Below, piece by piece: positions 19,505 through 28,820 of a DNA stretch of 64,000 nt. The notes beneath the pieces were generated by a model, which worked only from the letters and a program-made list of their open reading frames with translations, had not been told where the DNA came from and did not search any database. Origin of the DNA: Candidatus Micrarchaeia archaeon (GTDB lineage: Archaea > Micrarchaeota > Micrarchaeia > Burarchaeales > Fermentimicrarchaeaceae); NCBI GenBank assembly GCA_038871515.1, contig JAVZHX010000002.1, positions 68,641 to 132,640 of the forward strand, in the 5' to 3' direction. A program made the translations under genes and the position numbers. How positions within the stretch are numbered: position 1 is the stretch's first letter; each line of letters opens with the position of its first letter.

Positions 19505-20647
19505 ATGAGGATTGCGTATTACACCGAAACATACCTTCCAAACAAGGATGGAGTTGTCACATCTATTCTAACATTCAAAAAGGCGCTTGAGGAGATGGGG
19601 CATGAGATATTCATATTCGCTGCTGGGGATAAGAAAACAAAGAAGGAAAATAAGGATGAGAAGGTTTTTTATTATTCATCAACTCCTTTCAAGCCCTACC
19701 CAATGTACAGAATTGCGCTTTTTCCCTTCACCTCTCAAAGCAAGGTTAAAAAGCTAGGTATTCAGCTCATTCACTCCCACGGGATGGCAACGATGGGGCT
19801 TGCTGCTGTTGAGGCTGCAAAGATGAATAAACTGCCACTTGTTGCAACTTTTCATACAATGATACCAAGCGCAACTCACTATGTTTCAAAAGCAAAAGTT
19901 GTGAAGGAGCTTGCTGAGAAGTTTGCCTGGAAGTATTTAATATGGTATTACAAGAAGTGCGATGCGGTGGTTGCACCGAGCGTTGTTATAAAGGAGATGC
20001 TGGAGGAGAGAGGTTTGACTGGAGTGCATGTGATACCAACAGGTATTGATATAAGAAAATTCAACCCTGAGAATGATGGAAGGGTTATGAGGAAGGAGTG
20101 GGGGATGGAGAGGAATAAAATAATATTGAATGTTGGTAGATTGGTGCTTGAGAAAAACCTTGACACACTTATAAAATCGTCTCTGCTGGTGCTTGAGGAG
20201 TTTTCTGATGCCAGGTTTGTTATTGTTGGGGAAGGGCCGGCAACAGATTATTATAAGAAGCTGGTGAGCAAAACGGGGGTTGGGAAGTGGTTTAAGTTTG
20301 TAAACGAGGTAGTTCCAGCTGAGAAGATGCCTCTTGTTTACGCTGCAGCTGATGTTTTTGCAATTCCTTCAAAGTTTGAAACCCAAGGTATAGTTGTTCA
20401 GGAGGCGATGGCAAGCGGCAAGCCGGTTGTTGGCGCAGATTACCTTGCTTTGAGGGAAATTATAAGGGATGGGTATAATGGTTACAAGTTCAACCCAGAC
20501 GACCCGGAGGAGTGCGCTGAGAAGATAATAAAAGCATTGAAAAAGAAGGAGGAGTTGGGAAAAAATGCAAGAAAGACTGCTGAAGCATTCTCTGTTGAGA
20601 ACTGCGCGAAGAGGATGGTTGAGCTGTATGAGAGGATGGTGCTATGA
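19505..20647 (+). CDS. GT4 glycosyltransferase
   Basis: ETYLPNKDGV, GRLVLEKN, ETQGIVVQEAMASG. Confidence 0.93.
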   Translation: MRIAYYTETYLPNKDGVVTSILTFKKALEEMGHEIFIFAAGDKKTKKENKDEKVFYYSSTPFKPYPMYRIALFPFTSQSKVKKLGIQLIHSHGMATMGLAAVEAAKMNKLPLVATFHTMIPSATHYVSKAKVVKELAEKFAWKYLIWYYKKCDAVVAPSVVIKEMLEERGLTGVHVIPTGIDIRKFNPENDGRVMRKEWGMERNKIILNVGRLVLEKNLDTLIKSSLLVLEEFSDARFVIVGEGPATDYYKKLVSKTGVGKWFKFVNEVVPAEKMPLVYAAADVFAIPSKFETQGIVVQEAMASGKPVVGADYLALREIIRDGYNGYKFNPDDPEECAEKIIKALKKKEELGKNARKTAEAFSVENCAKRMVELYERMVL

Positions 20648-21342
20648 TATCGGTTGTTATACCCACTTTGAATGAGGGGAATGTGATTGAGAGATGCCTG
20701 AAATCTTTGAAAGAGCAAACGTATAAGGAGTTTGAAGTGGTTGTTGTTGATTCAGGAAGCAAGGATGGAACGGTTGAGATAGCTGAAAAATATGGGGCGA
20801 GGGTGATATACGAGCCGAGGAGAGGGGTGCCGCTTGCAAGAAACAGAGGTGCAAGAGAATCAAAAGGGGAGATAGTTGCATGCACAGATGGGGATACTGT
20901 TTTTCCCCCTTACTGGTTGGAAAGGATAGCGAAGCATTTTGAAAACAAGGAAGTTGTTGCAGTTGGAGGCCCTGTTGAGCCGTTGGATAGAAAGCTGAAG
21001 CACAGGCTGATATTTAAAATAACAACTGATTACTTCGCAAGGTTTGCAATGTTATTTGGGTTTGTTGTTTTCCATGGATGCAATTCATCATTCAGAAAGG
21101 AAATATATATGAAGGCAGGGGGTTACAACGAGGGGATAAAGACGCTTGATGACAATGAGTTTCCAAACAGAATAAAAAAATTCGGAAAAGTTGTTTTTGA
21201 CCCCTCGCTTGCAGTGAAAACATCTACAAGAAGGTTTGAGAAAGCGGGTTATGTTGGGGAAACGCTGCACTACTGGAAAGCATATTTTGATTTGTATGTT
21301 TTGAAAAAAGGAAAGACGGATGAGTATAAGTTTTACAAGTGA
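20644..21342 (+). CDS. GT2 glycosyltransferase
   Basis: ISVVIPTLNE, DSGSKDGT, ARNRG, DGD, STRRF. Confidence 0.92.
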   Translation: MISVVIPTLNEGNVIERCLKSLKEQTYKEFEVVVVDSGSKDGTVEIAEKYGARVIYEPRRGVPLARNRGARESKGEIVACTDGDTVFPPYWLERIAKHFENKEVVAVGGPVEPLDRKLKHRLIFKITTDYFARFAMLFGFVVFHGCNSSFRKEIYMKAGGYNEGIKTLDDNEFPNRIKKFGKVVFDPSLAVKTSTRRFEKAGYVGETLHYWKAYFDLYVLKKGKTDEYKFYK

Positions 21343-22487
21343 GAGAGAACCCTCTCATATATTTTTTCATATCTTTTTGCAGCAATGTCCCACGTGAAGT
21401 TCTCAACAGCCCTCTTCCTTGAGTTTCTCTCCATTCTTCTTCTCATCTTATCATTTTCAAGAAGAAGTTTTATTTTATCATGTAACTCATGCGCGTTGTG
21501 CGGAGGAACAAGCATGCCGCATTCCTCGCTCACTATCTCCGGGTTTCCTCCAACACGAGTTGCAACGATTGCTTTTCCAGATGCAAGTGCCTCGTAAAGA
21601 ACAACCGCAGAAGGCTCCCACAGACTGGGCAGCACAAACAGGGTTGCGTTGTTGTAGTAAAGCGGAAGCTCCTCCTCAGGTATTCCTGTTACAAAAAAAA
21701 CAGAATCCTGAACTCCCAAACGGAAGCATTGGCTTCCCAAAGTATCGCGCAGAGGACCCTTTCCTATTATTATAAGTTTAGCATCCCTGAAATCCTTCTT
21801 CAGCATGTAGAAAGCCTCTATTAAATAGTGCAAGCCTTTCTGCGGTATAAGGCGGGCGTTTGTGAGAAGGAGTGGCGAGTCTCCTATGTTGAATTTCTCC
21901 CTTATTGAATCATCCTTTCTTGGCTTGAAGCGTTTTTCATCAACCCCGTTGTAAACAACCTCTGTTTTGTTTTGCATGTAGTGAGGAACGGTTACTTCTT
22001 TGGTATACCTGCTTACCGCAGTTATTCTGTTGCAGTTCTCCATTATTCTATACCCCCAAACTGCATCGTAAAGCGCAGCGCATTTATCTGTTAAAAAGGA
22101 GATGCCAGCGGGCTTTGCGTTATGAAGCGTCAGCATCAGCTTCTTTCTCATAATCTGCTTTATTGCGAGAATTGTTCCAAGGTAGTAGAAGTATCTGCAG
22201 TGTATATGAAAGATATCTGCTTCCTTTCTTTTCAGCAAATCCTTCACAAGAAAAGGTGAAATTGTGTAGGGAGGTGGCATGAAGGAGGGGAGGTTTTTTA
22301 TGTATATTGAGGGAGTTCGGTAAACCTTCATCCCCTCAATTTCCTCATACGGTTTCGTCCCAGGTATTTGAGATGTGAGTATTGTTATACCGTGCTTTTT
22401 GGCAAGCCTCTTTCCAAACTCATAAACAACCTTCTCGGTGCCACCGAAGTATGGGTAGAACAGCGGGTCGAGCATGCATATCTCCAT
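21333..22487 (-). CDS. GT4 glycosyltransferase
   Basis: GGTEK, NGVD, RLIPQKG, EPSAVVLYEALASG. Confidence 0.92.
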   Translation of the reverse strand: MEICMLDPLFYPYFGGTEKVVYEFGKRLAKKHGITILTSQIPGTKPYEEIEGMKVYRTPSIYIKNLPSFMPPPYTISPFLVKDLLKRKEADIFHIHCRYFYYLGTILAIKQIMRKKLMLTLHNAKPAGISFLTDKCAALYDAVWGYRIMENCNRITAVSRYTKEVTVPHYMQNKTEVVYNGVDEKRFKPRKDDSIREKFNIGDSPLLLTNARLIPQKGLHYLIEAFYMLKKDFRDAKLIIIGKGPLRDTLGSQCFRLGVQDSVFFVTGIPEEELPLYYNNATLFVLPSLWEPSAVVLYEALASGKAIVATRVGGNPEIVSEECGMLVPPHNAHELHDKIKLLLENDKMRRRMERNSRKRAVENFTWDIAAKRYEKIYERVLSHL

Positions 22488-22495
22488 GCAACCAC

Positions 22496-23740
22496 CTAAA
22501 TCACAAACGACTCCCCATTTTTTGGCGCAACCGCATCATACCCTTTCAAGCGGAGCTCCTCCGCAAAAGTATCAGCTGTTTCCCCATGCACGCAGAATAT
22601 TTTCTCTGGTGATGCTTTCTCAATGAACTCCAGCAAATCTGAGCGGGAGGCGTGGGCGCTCAAATCAAAATATTTAACAGGAGTTTCAACTTTATGTGTG
22701 ACGCCATCAACCTTTACTCTTCCCTCCTCAAGCAACCTTCTTCCATTTGTGCCTGGCACCTGAAAGCCGGTTAATATTATCTCCGATTCATCGTTTAGCG
22801 AGAGAAGGTATCTGAGCGCAGGCCCTCCCTCAAGCATCCCTGCTGGAGAGACTATCACGCTTGGCTTGGAAAGCGCTTTCCTTCTCTGCCCAGGGCTGTT
22901 CACCCACTCAACTGTCTTCAAACAGCTTCTCAGGTATTTTGCGTTCTTTATATAGCTTGGGTAGTCAAGTATTATCTCTGATGCTGTTTTTGCCATTCCG
23001 TCAAGGAATATTTTTATTTCGCCGTCAAAGTATCTTAGAAGTTGAATTACTTCCTGGCTTCTTCCAACAGCAAAGCACGGAAGGAGGGCATTTCCTCCTC
23101 TCTCAAGCACTGAGATAACTTCCTCGTAAAGCTCCTCCTCAAGCTTTTTCCTTTCCGGATGCTCAGTGTGGGAGTAGGTGCTTTCAATGATTAAAACGTC
23201 ACAGTTGTCTATGCATTCTGCTCCTTTATGCATCCATGTTTCACCCAGTTTGAAGTCTCCTGTGTAGACAACTCTCTTCCTCTCGCAGTTTAACGTTAGA
23301 ATGGTGCTCCCAGGTATGTGCCCTGCATCTGTGAACTGCATTGTTATGTTTTTTGATATTCGGAAGTTCTGCTTGTAGGTTACTGGTATGAAGTTCTGCA
23401 GCATTTTTTTGAAGTCGGCTGTTGTGAAGCCCACCTTCTGTTTTTTCAGCTTCTGCACCTTCATTGAATCCTTAACGAGAAGCGCTGAGAGAGCTTGGGT
23501 GGGGTAGGTTGCAATTGTGGGAGGGGAGCAGTATTGATAAACTGCCGGCACAAACCCGGAGTGGTCAAGGTGGGCGTGGGAGAGTATAACGTAATCAACA
23601 AACCCCTGAAATGGCATGGGGTATTCAGTTCTGTTGTGCAGCTTTATTCCATACTCAAGAAGAAGCCTTTTTTCATCCTCAAGAAGGAAGGCGGACCTTC
23701 CAACCTCGCGGCTCCCCCCAAGAAAAGTCAGCTTCATCAA
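22496..23740 (-). CDS. Beta-CASP metallo-beta-lactamase ribonuclease (aCPSF2-like)
   Basis: EVGRS, HAHLDH, AGHIPG, YTGD, ESTY, GRSQE, SAHA, VHGE. Confidence 0.92.
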   Translation of the reverse strand: MMKLTFLGGSREVGRSAFLLEDEKRLLLEYGIKLHNRTEYPMPFQGFVDYVILSHAHLDHSGFVPAVYQYCSPPTIATYPTQALSALLVKDSMKVQKLKKQKVGFTTADFKKMLQNFIPVTYKQNFRISKNITMQFTDAGHIPGSTILTLNCERKRVVYTGDFKLGETWMHKGAECIDNCDVLIIESTYSHTEHPERKKLEEELYEEVISVLERGGNALLPCFAVGRSQEVIQLLRYFDGEIKIFLDGMAKTASEIILDYPSYIKNAKYLRSCLKTVEWVNSPGQRRKALSKPSVIVSPAGMLEGGPALRYLLSLNDESEIILTGFQVPGTNGRRLLEEGRVKVDGVTHKVETPVKYFDLSAHASRSDLLEFIEKASPEKIFCVHGETADTFAEELRLKGYDAVAPKNGESFVI

Positions 23741-23775
23741 TTAACTATTTAAAGGTTAATTAAAAAAAGCTTATC

Positions 23776-24456
23776 GTGGAGGAGCTTACTTTTCTGGATT
23801 TGGTGGTTCTGCAGAGAATAGAGCCAGGCACGGTTATTGAAAAGTTTGGGCCGAAGATTAATTCGTCTTTCTTTGAGGCAGCAAACATACTGGGGACGAT
23901 GAAGCAGAAGGGGTATATTGATTTCAAGTCAACCTATCCAGGTCCAAGTGAGGTTGAGGTAACTGGAGTTGGGGCGAGGGTGCTGGAGGTTGCAGATGAG
24001 AAAGCACAGGAGGCAGTTGACGAGCTTGATGTTGCGATACTTCAAAGTATAGTTAAGGGAGTGGTTGACCCAGAGGGGATAAAGAGTGAGCTGAATGTGA
24101 GAAGCGGGGATATTGCGTTTCACATACATAAACTTGTTAAGCAGGATATGGTGAGCTACTCAATAAAGAGTGGCAAGATAACTCTCAGCGTGACTGAGGA
24201 TGGGTTCAAGAGGGTTGGGGTTCCGAAGGTTGAGAAGCCGGCTGAGGAGATAATTGTAACCGGAGAGGCTCCGAAGGAAGCTCCTCCTGCTGAGCCAGTG
24301 AAGCTTGATAGGTGGACAAGGTTGAAAGCGAAGTGGGAGTATTATGTTGAGAAGTTTAAGAAAAACCCGAAAATGCTTGTGGTTTATGCGGTTGTGTTGC
24401 TTGTGCTGTTTCTTATAGTAGTTTACTTGCTTCTGTTTTTCAGAATGGGTAGTTAG
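23776..24456 (+). CDS. Tandem winged-helix-like protein with C-terminal TM anchor
   Basis: Two repeats ending in (V)T-x-x-G with an L-x-x-x-G/D-hydrophobic wing pattern; Pro/Glu linker; hydrophobic C-terminal helix. Confidence 0.65.
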   Translation: MEELTFLDLVVLQRIEPGTVIEKFGPKINSSFFEAANILGTMKQKGYIDFKSTYPGPSEVEVTGVGARVLEVADEKAQEAVDELDVAILQSIVKGVVDPEGIKSELNVRSGDIAFHIHKLVKQDMVSYSIKSGKITLSVTEDGFKRVGVPKVEKPAEEIIVTGEAPKEAPPAEPVKLDRWTRLKAKWEYYVEKFKKNPKMLVVYAVVLLVLFLIVVYLLLFFRMGS

Positions 24457-24457
24457 A

Positions 24458-25072
24458 ATGAGATACTCAGAGGCAGTTGCGCTGGTTAAAAGGTATGGGG
24501 TGGAGTTTCTGGAGGGAGTAGTTACAAGAAGTGTTGAGGAAGCGGTGAAAGTTGCGGAGTATCCTGTTGCAATTAAAATAGTATCTGAGGAGATAACACA
24601 TAAAACAGACAGAGGGTGCGTGAAACTCAATATAAAGGATGAGGGTTCTTTAAGAAAAAATTATGAGGAAGTTTTGAGAAATGCTGGGGGAGCAAAAATT
24701 GAGGGGGTGCTTGTTCAGAGAATGGCAAAGCCTGGTGTGGAGCTGATTGTTGGTGGAAGGAGGGATGAGCAGTTCGGCGCAGTTGTTCTTTTTGGTTTGG
24801 GGGGGGTGTTTGTTGAGGTTTTCAGGGATTTTTCGTTGAGGGTTTGTCCAATTGATAGGGAGGATGCGCTTGAGATGATGAAGGAGGTTAAAGCATATCC
24901 CATTTTGGCTGGGGCAAGAGGAGCGAAGTATGATGTTGAGGCGCTTGCGGATTTGTTGCAGAAAGTTTCAAAACTGCTTTATGAAAACAAGCAGATAAAT
25001 GAGATGGATTTGAACCCAGTTATTGTTTATGAAAAGGGTTATTGCGCTGTTGATGTGAGGGTGATGCCTTGA
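24458..25072 (+). CDS. acdB: Acetate--CoA ligase (ADP-forming) beta subunit
   Basis: HKTDRG, FGLGGVFVE, GARG, EMDLNP ATP-grasp motifs. Confidence 0.92.
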   Translation: MRYSEAVALVKRYGVEFLEGVVTRSVEEAVKVAEYPVAIKIVSEEITHKTDRGCVKLNIKDEGSLRKNYEEVLRNAGGAKIEGVLVQRMAKPGVELIVGGRRDEQFGAVVLFGLGGVFVEVFRDFSLRVCPIDREDALEMMKEVKAYPILAGARGAKYDVEALADLLQKVSKLLYENKQINEMDLNPVIVYEKGYCAVDVRVMP

Positions 25073-26436
25073 ATATTGATGTTCTTTTTGACCCGAAAAG
25101 CGTTGCGGTTGTTGGTGCATCGCGAGAGCCGAGCAAGATAGGGCATGTGCTGCTGAGGAATTTTATTGAGGGTGGTTTCAGAGGGGAGGTTTACCCAATA
25201 AACCCGAAAGCAGATGAGATACTTGGTTTGAAGTGCTATATGGGAGTGAGCAATGTGAAGGGGGAGGTGGATTTGGCGGTTATAGCAATACCTGCCAAGC
25301 TTGTTCCAAACGCGTTGAGGGAGTGCGGGGAGAAAGGAGTGAAGGGAGCAATAGTGATAAGCGGTGGTTTCTCAGAGGTTGGGAATGTTGAGCTTGAGAA
25401 TGAATTGAGGGAAGTTTGTTTGAAGTATGATATTGCATGCCTTGGGCCGAACTGCATGGGAGTAATAAACCCATTGACAAGAGTTGACAGTGTATTCATT
25501 CCAACGTATAAAATGGGAAGGCCGAAGCTTGGTGGAGTGAGCTTCATAAGCCAGAGCGGTGCAATTGGCGGTGCTGTGCTTGATTTGATGGCAAGACAGG
25601 GGTTTGGGATGGCGAAGTTTGTTTCCTATGGAAATGGAGCTGTGATTGATGAAACTGATTTGTTGAGGTATATGGCTGATGATGAGAAAACAAGGACGAT
25701 TGTGCTTTATATAGAAGGAGTTAGAAGAGGAAGGGAGTTCTTTGAAACGCTTAGAGGAGTTACCAAGAGAAAGCCAGTTGTTATTTTGAAAGGAGGGAAA
25801 ACAAGCGGTGGGGCTGCTGCAACAAAGTCACATACTGGCTCGCTGGCTGGGAATGCGGAAGTTTATGAGGCAGTTTTCAAGCAGTGCAAAGCGACTGAAG
25901 CGAGAAGTTTGGATGAAGTGTTTAGCTTTTCAAAGTTGTTTGAGTCACAGCCTTTCTGCAGCGGTGAGAGGGTTGGGATAATAACGAATGGCGGTGGTTT
26001 GGCGGTGATTGCAGCGGACAGCGTTGAGGAGAATGGGTTGAAGCTTGCTGAGCTGAGCGAGGAGAGCATTAAAAAGATAAAGGAAAGGGTTCCTGCGTAT
26101 GTTAATGTGAAGAATCCGCTTGATTTGAGCGGGGATGCGGGTGCTGAAAGGTTTGAGGTTGCTATAAATGCAATGCTGGAGGATTCAAACGTGGATTCGC
26201 TGCTTGTTGGAGTTCTCTTCCAAACAGAAAGTATTGATTCAAGAGTTGTGAGCATGATTATTGAGGCTTCTAATTTGAAAAGAAAACCGATAGTTGTTGT
26301 TTGCCCTGGTGGGGAATACGCCGAGGTTCACGGCAGAATACTGGAGAACTGCGGTGTTCCCACCTACACATCGTCATCATCTGCAATAAGAGCTTTGAGG
26401 AAGCTTGTGGATTATTCGAAGTTTGTTGGGAAGTAG
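25069..26436 (+). CDS. acdA: Acetate--CoA ligase (ADP-forming) alpha subunit
   Basis: AVVGAS, GPNCMG, SQSGA, SHTGSLAG (phospho-His), NPLD. Confidence 0.94.
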   Translation: MNIDVLFDPKSVAVVGASREPSKIGHVLLRNFIEGGFRGEVYPINPKADEILGLKCYMGVSNVKGEVDLAVIAIPAKLVPNALRECGEKGVKGAIVISGGFSEVGNVELENELREVCLKYDIACLGPNCMGVINPLTRVDSVFIPTYKMGRPKLGGVSFISQSGAIGGAVLDLMARQGFGMAKFVSYGNGAVIDETDLLRYMADDEKTRTIVLYIEGVRRGREFFETLRGVTKRKPVVILKGGKTSGGAAATKSHTGSLAGNAEVYEAVFKQCKATEARSLDEVFSFSKLFESQPFCSGERVGIITNGGGLAVIAADSVEENGLKLAELSEESIKKIKERVPAYVNVKNPLDLSGDAGAERFEVAINAMLEDSNVDSLLVGVLFQTESIDSRVVSMIIEASNLKRKPIVVVCPGGEYAEVHGRILENCGVPTYTSSSSAIRALRKLVDYSKFVGK

Positions 26437-26461
26437 TTTAAAATTTTAAAATAAAAAATAG

Positions 26462-28204
26462 CTACTTCTCAATTGTAGACAAATCTCCTGTTGGAAGTCC
26501 AAGCTCCTCTGCTTTAAGAACTCTTCTCATTATCTTACCGCTCTGCGTTCTTGGAAGTTTATCCCTGAATTCTATTTCTCTTGGATACATATGCCCTGCA
26601 AGCCTGCTCTTTATGAACTTCCTTATATCCTCCTCAAGCTCCTTTGAGGGAGAGTAACCCTTCCTTAAAACAAGGAATGCTTTTATAATCTCTCCTCTTA
26701 TCCCCTCTGGGTCTGGCTTGCCTATAACGCCTGCCTCCGCAACTGCTGGGTGCTCAACCAACGCGCTCTCTATTTCAAACGGACCAACTCGCTCACCTGC
26801 TGTTTTTATCACATCATCTCCTCTTCCAACGTAGATGAAGTATCCGTCCTCATCCATCCTTGCCCTGTCACCTGTGATATACCAGCCATTCTTGAAGTAT
26901 GACTTGAACTTCTCCTCATTCCTCCACACCCCAACAAACATGGAAGGCCAGCCTGGCTTCAGAGCTAGGTCTCCCTCCTCCCCTGGTTTCACAACGTTTC
27001 CGTTATCATCAACAACAGCAGCAGTTATTCCTGGGAATGGCTTTCCCATAAACCCAATCTTCATATCCATCCTTGGGTAGTTGCATATCAGCATGCTTCC
27101 TGTTTCGGTTTGCCACCAAGTGTCATGCACCCACAACCCAAAAACTTTATGCGCCCATCTTATAGGCTCTGGGTTGAGAGGCTCCCCAACGCTGCAGATA
27201 TGCCTCAAACTGCTCAAATCATATTTCTTTGGAATTTCCTCACCTGCTGCCATAAGCATTCTCAGAGCAGTTGGAGCAGTATACCACATGGTAACCTGAT
27301 ACCTTTCTATGATGGAATACCACTTATCTGGGTCAAACCTTCCATCGTATACAACCTGGGATGCACCGTTTGACCAGGAGCCAAGTATGGAGTAGATTAT
27401 ACCAGTTATCCAGCCGGGGTCAGAGGTGCACCAATAGATATCTTCATCCTTCAAATCAAGCACCCATTTCGCAGTTATGTGGTGCTGTGGCATCCCTCTG
27501 TGAACATGCACAACTCCCTTTGGCTTTCCGGTTGAGCCAGAGGTGTATTGTATGAACGCAACATCCTCCGGGTTCATCTTCTCAACTTCAAAATTCCTTG
27601 ATGCCTTTGCCATCTCCTCTTCATAATTGAGCTCCCCAGCAGATGCGTTCAAATCCTTTCCGCCAACAACAAAAACGTATTTCAGGTTGGGAAGCTCCTT
27701 CCTTATCTGGTCAACCCTCGGTTTCAGCTTCATATCGGTTACAAGCGCAACTGCCTCGCTGTCAAGCAATCTATCCCTTATCGCTTCAGGCCCAAACGCA
27801 GCGAACATTGTTCCAGCAATCCCGCCCATCTTCAATATTCCAAGAAAGCTTATGTAGTTCTCAGGAATTCTTGAGAGGAAAATGAAAACCCTGTCCCCTC
27901 TTTTTATTCCGTGGTTTTTCAGAACATTTGCAAACTTATTTGAGAGGTTGGACAGCTCAAGGAAGGTGAATTTTTTGGTGCTTCCATCATCTCCTTCCCA
28001 GTAAAGGGCAATTTTGTTCTTCCTCCATGTTTTCACGTGTTTATCTATTGCATTATACGCAAGGTTCAGCTTTCCTCCTTCAAACCACTCAACCTCATCG
28101 TGCACATCCTCCCATTTGAAGTTAGGGTATATCTTTTCATATGCGCCCATATTGGGCTTTCCTTTGAATTTCTTTTTTGATGCTTTTACTAAGTCTGCTT
28201 CCAT
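26462..28204 (-). CDS. acsA: Acetyl-CoA synthetase (AMP-forming)
   Basis: YTSGSTGKPKG, DPGWITG, VGEPLNPE, DTWWQTETG, GRGDD, SGKIMRR. Confidence 0.93.
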   Translation of the reverse strand: MEADLVKASKKKFKGKPNMGAYEKIYPNFKWEDVHDEVEWFEGGKLNLAYNAIDKHVKTWRKNKIALYWEGDDGSTKKFTFLELSNLSNKFANVLKNHGIKRGDRVFIFLSRIPENYISFLGILKMGGIAGTMFAAFGPEAIRDRLLDSEAVALVTDMKLKPRVDQIRKELPNLKYVFVVGGKDLNASAGELNYEEEMAKASRNFEVEKMNPEDVAFIQYTSGSTGKPKGVVHVHRGMPQHHITAKWVLDLKDEDIYWCTSDPGWITGIIYSILGSWSNGASQVVYDGRFDPDKWYSIIERYQVTMWYTAPTALRMLMAAGEEIPKKYDLSSLRHICSVGEPLNPEPIRWAHKVFGLWVHDTWWQTETGSMLICNYPRMDMKIGFMGKPFPGITAAVVDDNGNVVKPGEEGDLALKPGWPSMFVGVWRNEEKFKSYFKNGWYITGDRARMDEDGYFIYVGRGDDVIKTAGERVGPFEIESALVEHPAVAEAGVIGKPDPEGIRGEIIKAFLVLRKGYSPSKELEEDIRKFIKSRLAGHMYPREIEFRDKLPRTQSGKIMRRVLKAEELGLPTGDLSTIEK

Positions 28205-28266
28205 TTTTCTCCCTCCGTGTGGTATAGATATGATGAGGAATTTTTATAAAGTTATACGTCATTTGT

Positions 28267-28683
28267 CTATCTGTAGATGAGCAGGATTAAACCAATAAAG
28301 CTCAGGATGATGCCCGCGATTGTTTGAGGGAATATTTCCTCATGCATAAAAACAACTGCGATAACCACGGAGATGAATGTGCTTAAGCTGAAGATGGGAA
28401 CAACAACGTTTACTGGACCGCCTTCCTTGAAGGAAACATATGTGAAAAGTATAGCAATTCCCATTATGAATGCAAGGGAGAAAGAGAGGAATATGGAGTT
28501 TGGCGTGACTCTTTCAATAAATGTTGGGTAGGAGAGGAGGAAGTAGATGAAGAGAATGAGAGAAAAAGCAAAAACAATTGGAATCATAACCCTCCAATCC
28601 TCTGTTTCAATGAATTTTTTAACAAGGATGTTATAAACTCCTAAAGCGAGCATTGTTATAACTGCAGCAACCCTCCAATCCAC
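28267..28683 (-). CDS. EamA/DMT-family small membrane transporter
   Basis: About five TM helices, GPVNVVVPI, FMHE...GIIL. Confidence 0.8.
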   Translation of the reverse strand: MDWRVAAVITMLALGVYNILVKKFIETEDWRVMIPIVFAFSLILFIYFLLSYPTFIERVTPNSIFLSFSLAFIMGIAILFTYVSFKEGGPVNVVVPIFSLSTFISVVIAVVFMHEEIFPQTIAGIILSFIGLILLIYR

Positions 28684-28687
28684 ACAA

Positions 28688-28774
28688 TCACCGAGTGATA
28701 AGGTAAATAAAAATTATCGTGATTACTACCATTGCAAATGCGATGAAAAGAGTGAAAAGCACGCTTGAGTCCAT
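28688..28774 (-). CDS. Putative 28-aa single-TM microprotein (MDSSVLFTLFIAFAMVVITIIFIYLITR)
   Basis: Manual translation; TATTAAAA about 25 nt upstream of ATG; its TGA is part of the GGTGA SD of the EamA gene. Confidence 0.55.
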   Translation of the reverse strand: MDSSVLFTLFIAFAMVVITIIFIYLITR

Positions 28775-28820
28775 ATATTAATTTATTGTTTCATTTTTAA
28801 TAATTACGCATGGTGGTTGC

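Noticed and set aside
26437..26450. TTTAAAATTTTAAA palindrome between acdA and acsA
   Set aside because: Low-complexity AT tract, adequately explained as a convergent termination region
28230..28240. C/D-box sRNA (ATGATGA box C-like)
   Set aside because: No suitably spaced CTGA D box; the sequence lies in the acsA promoter/leader on the opposite strand
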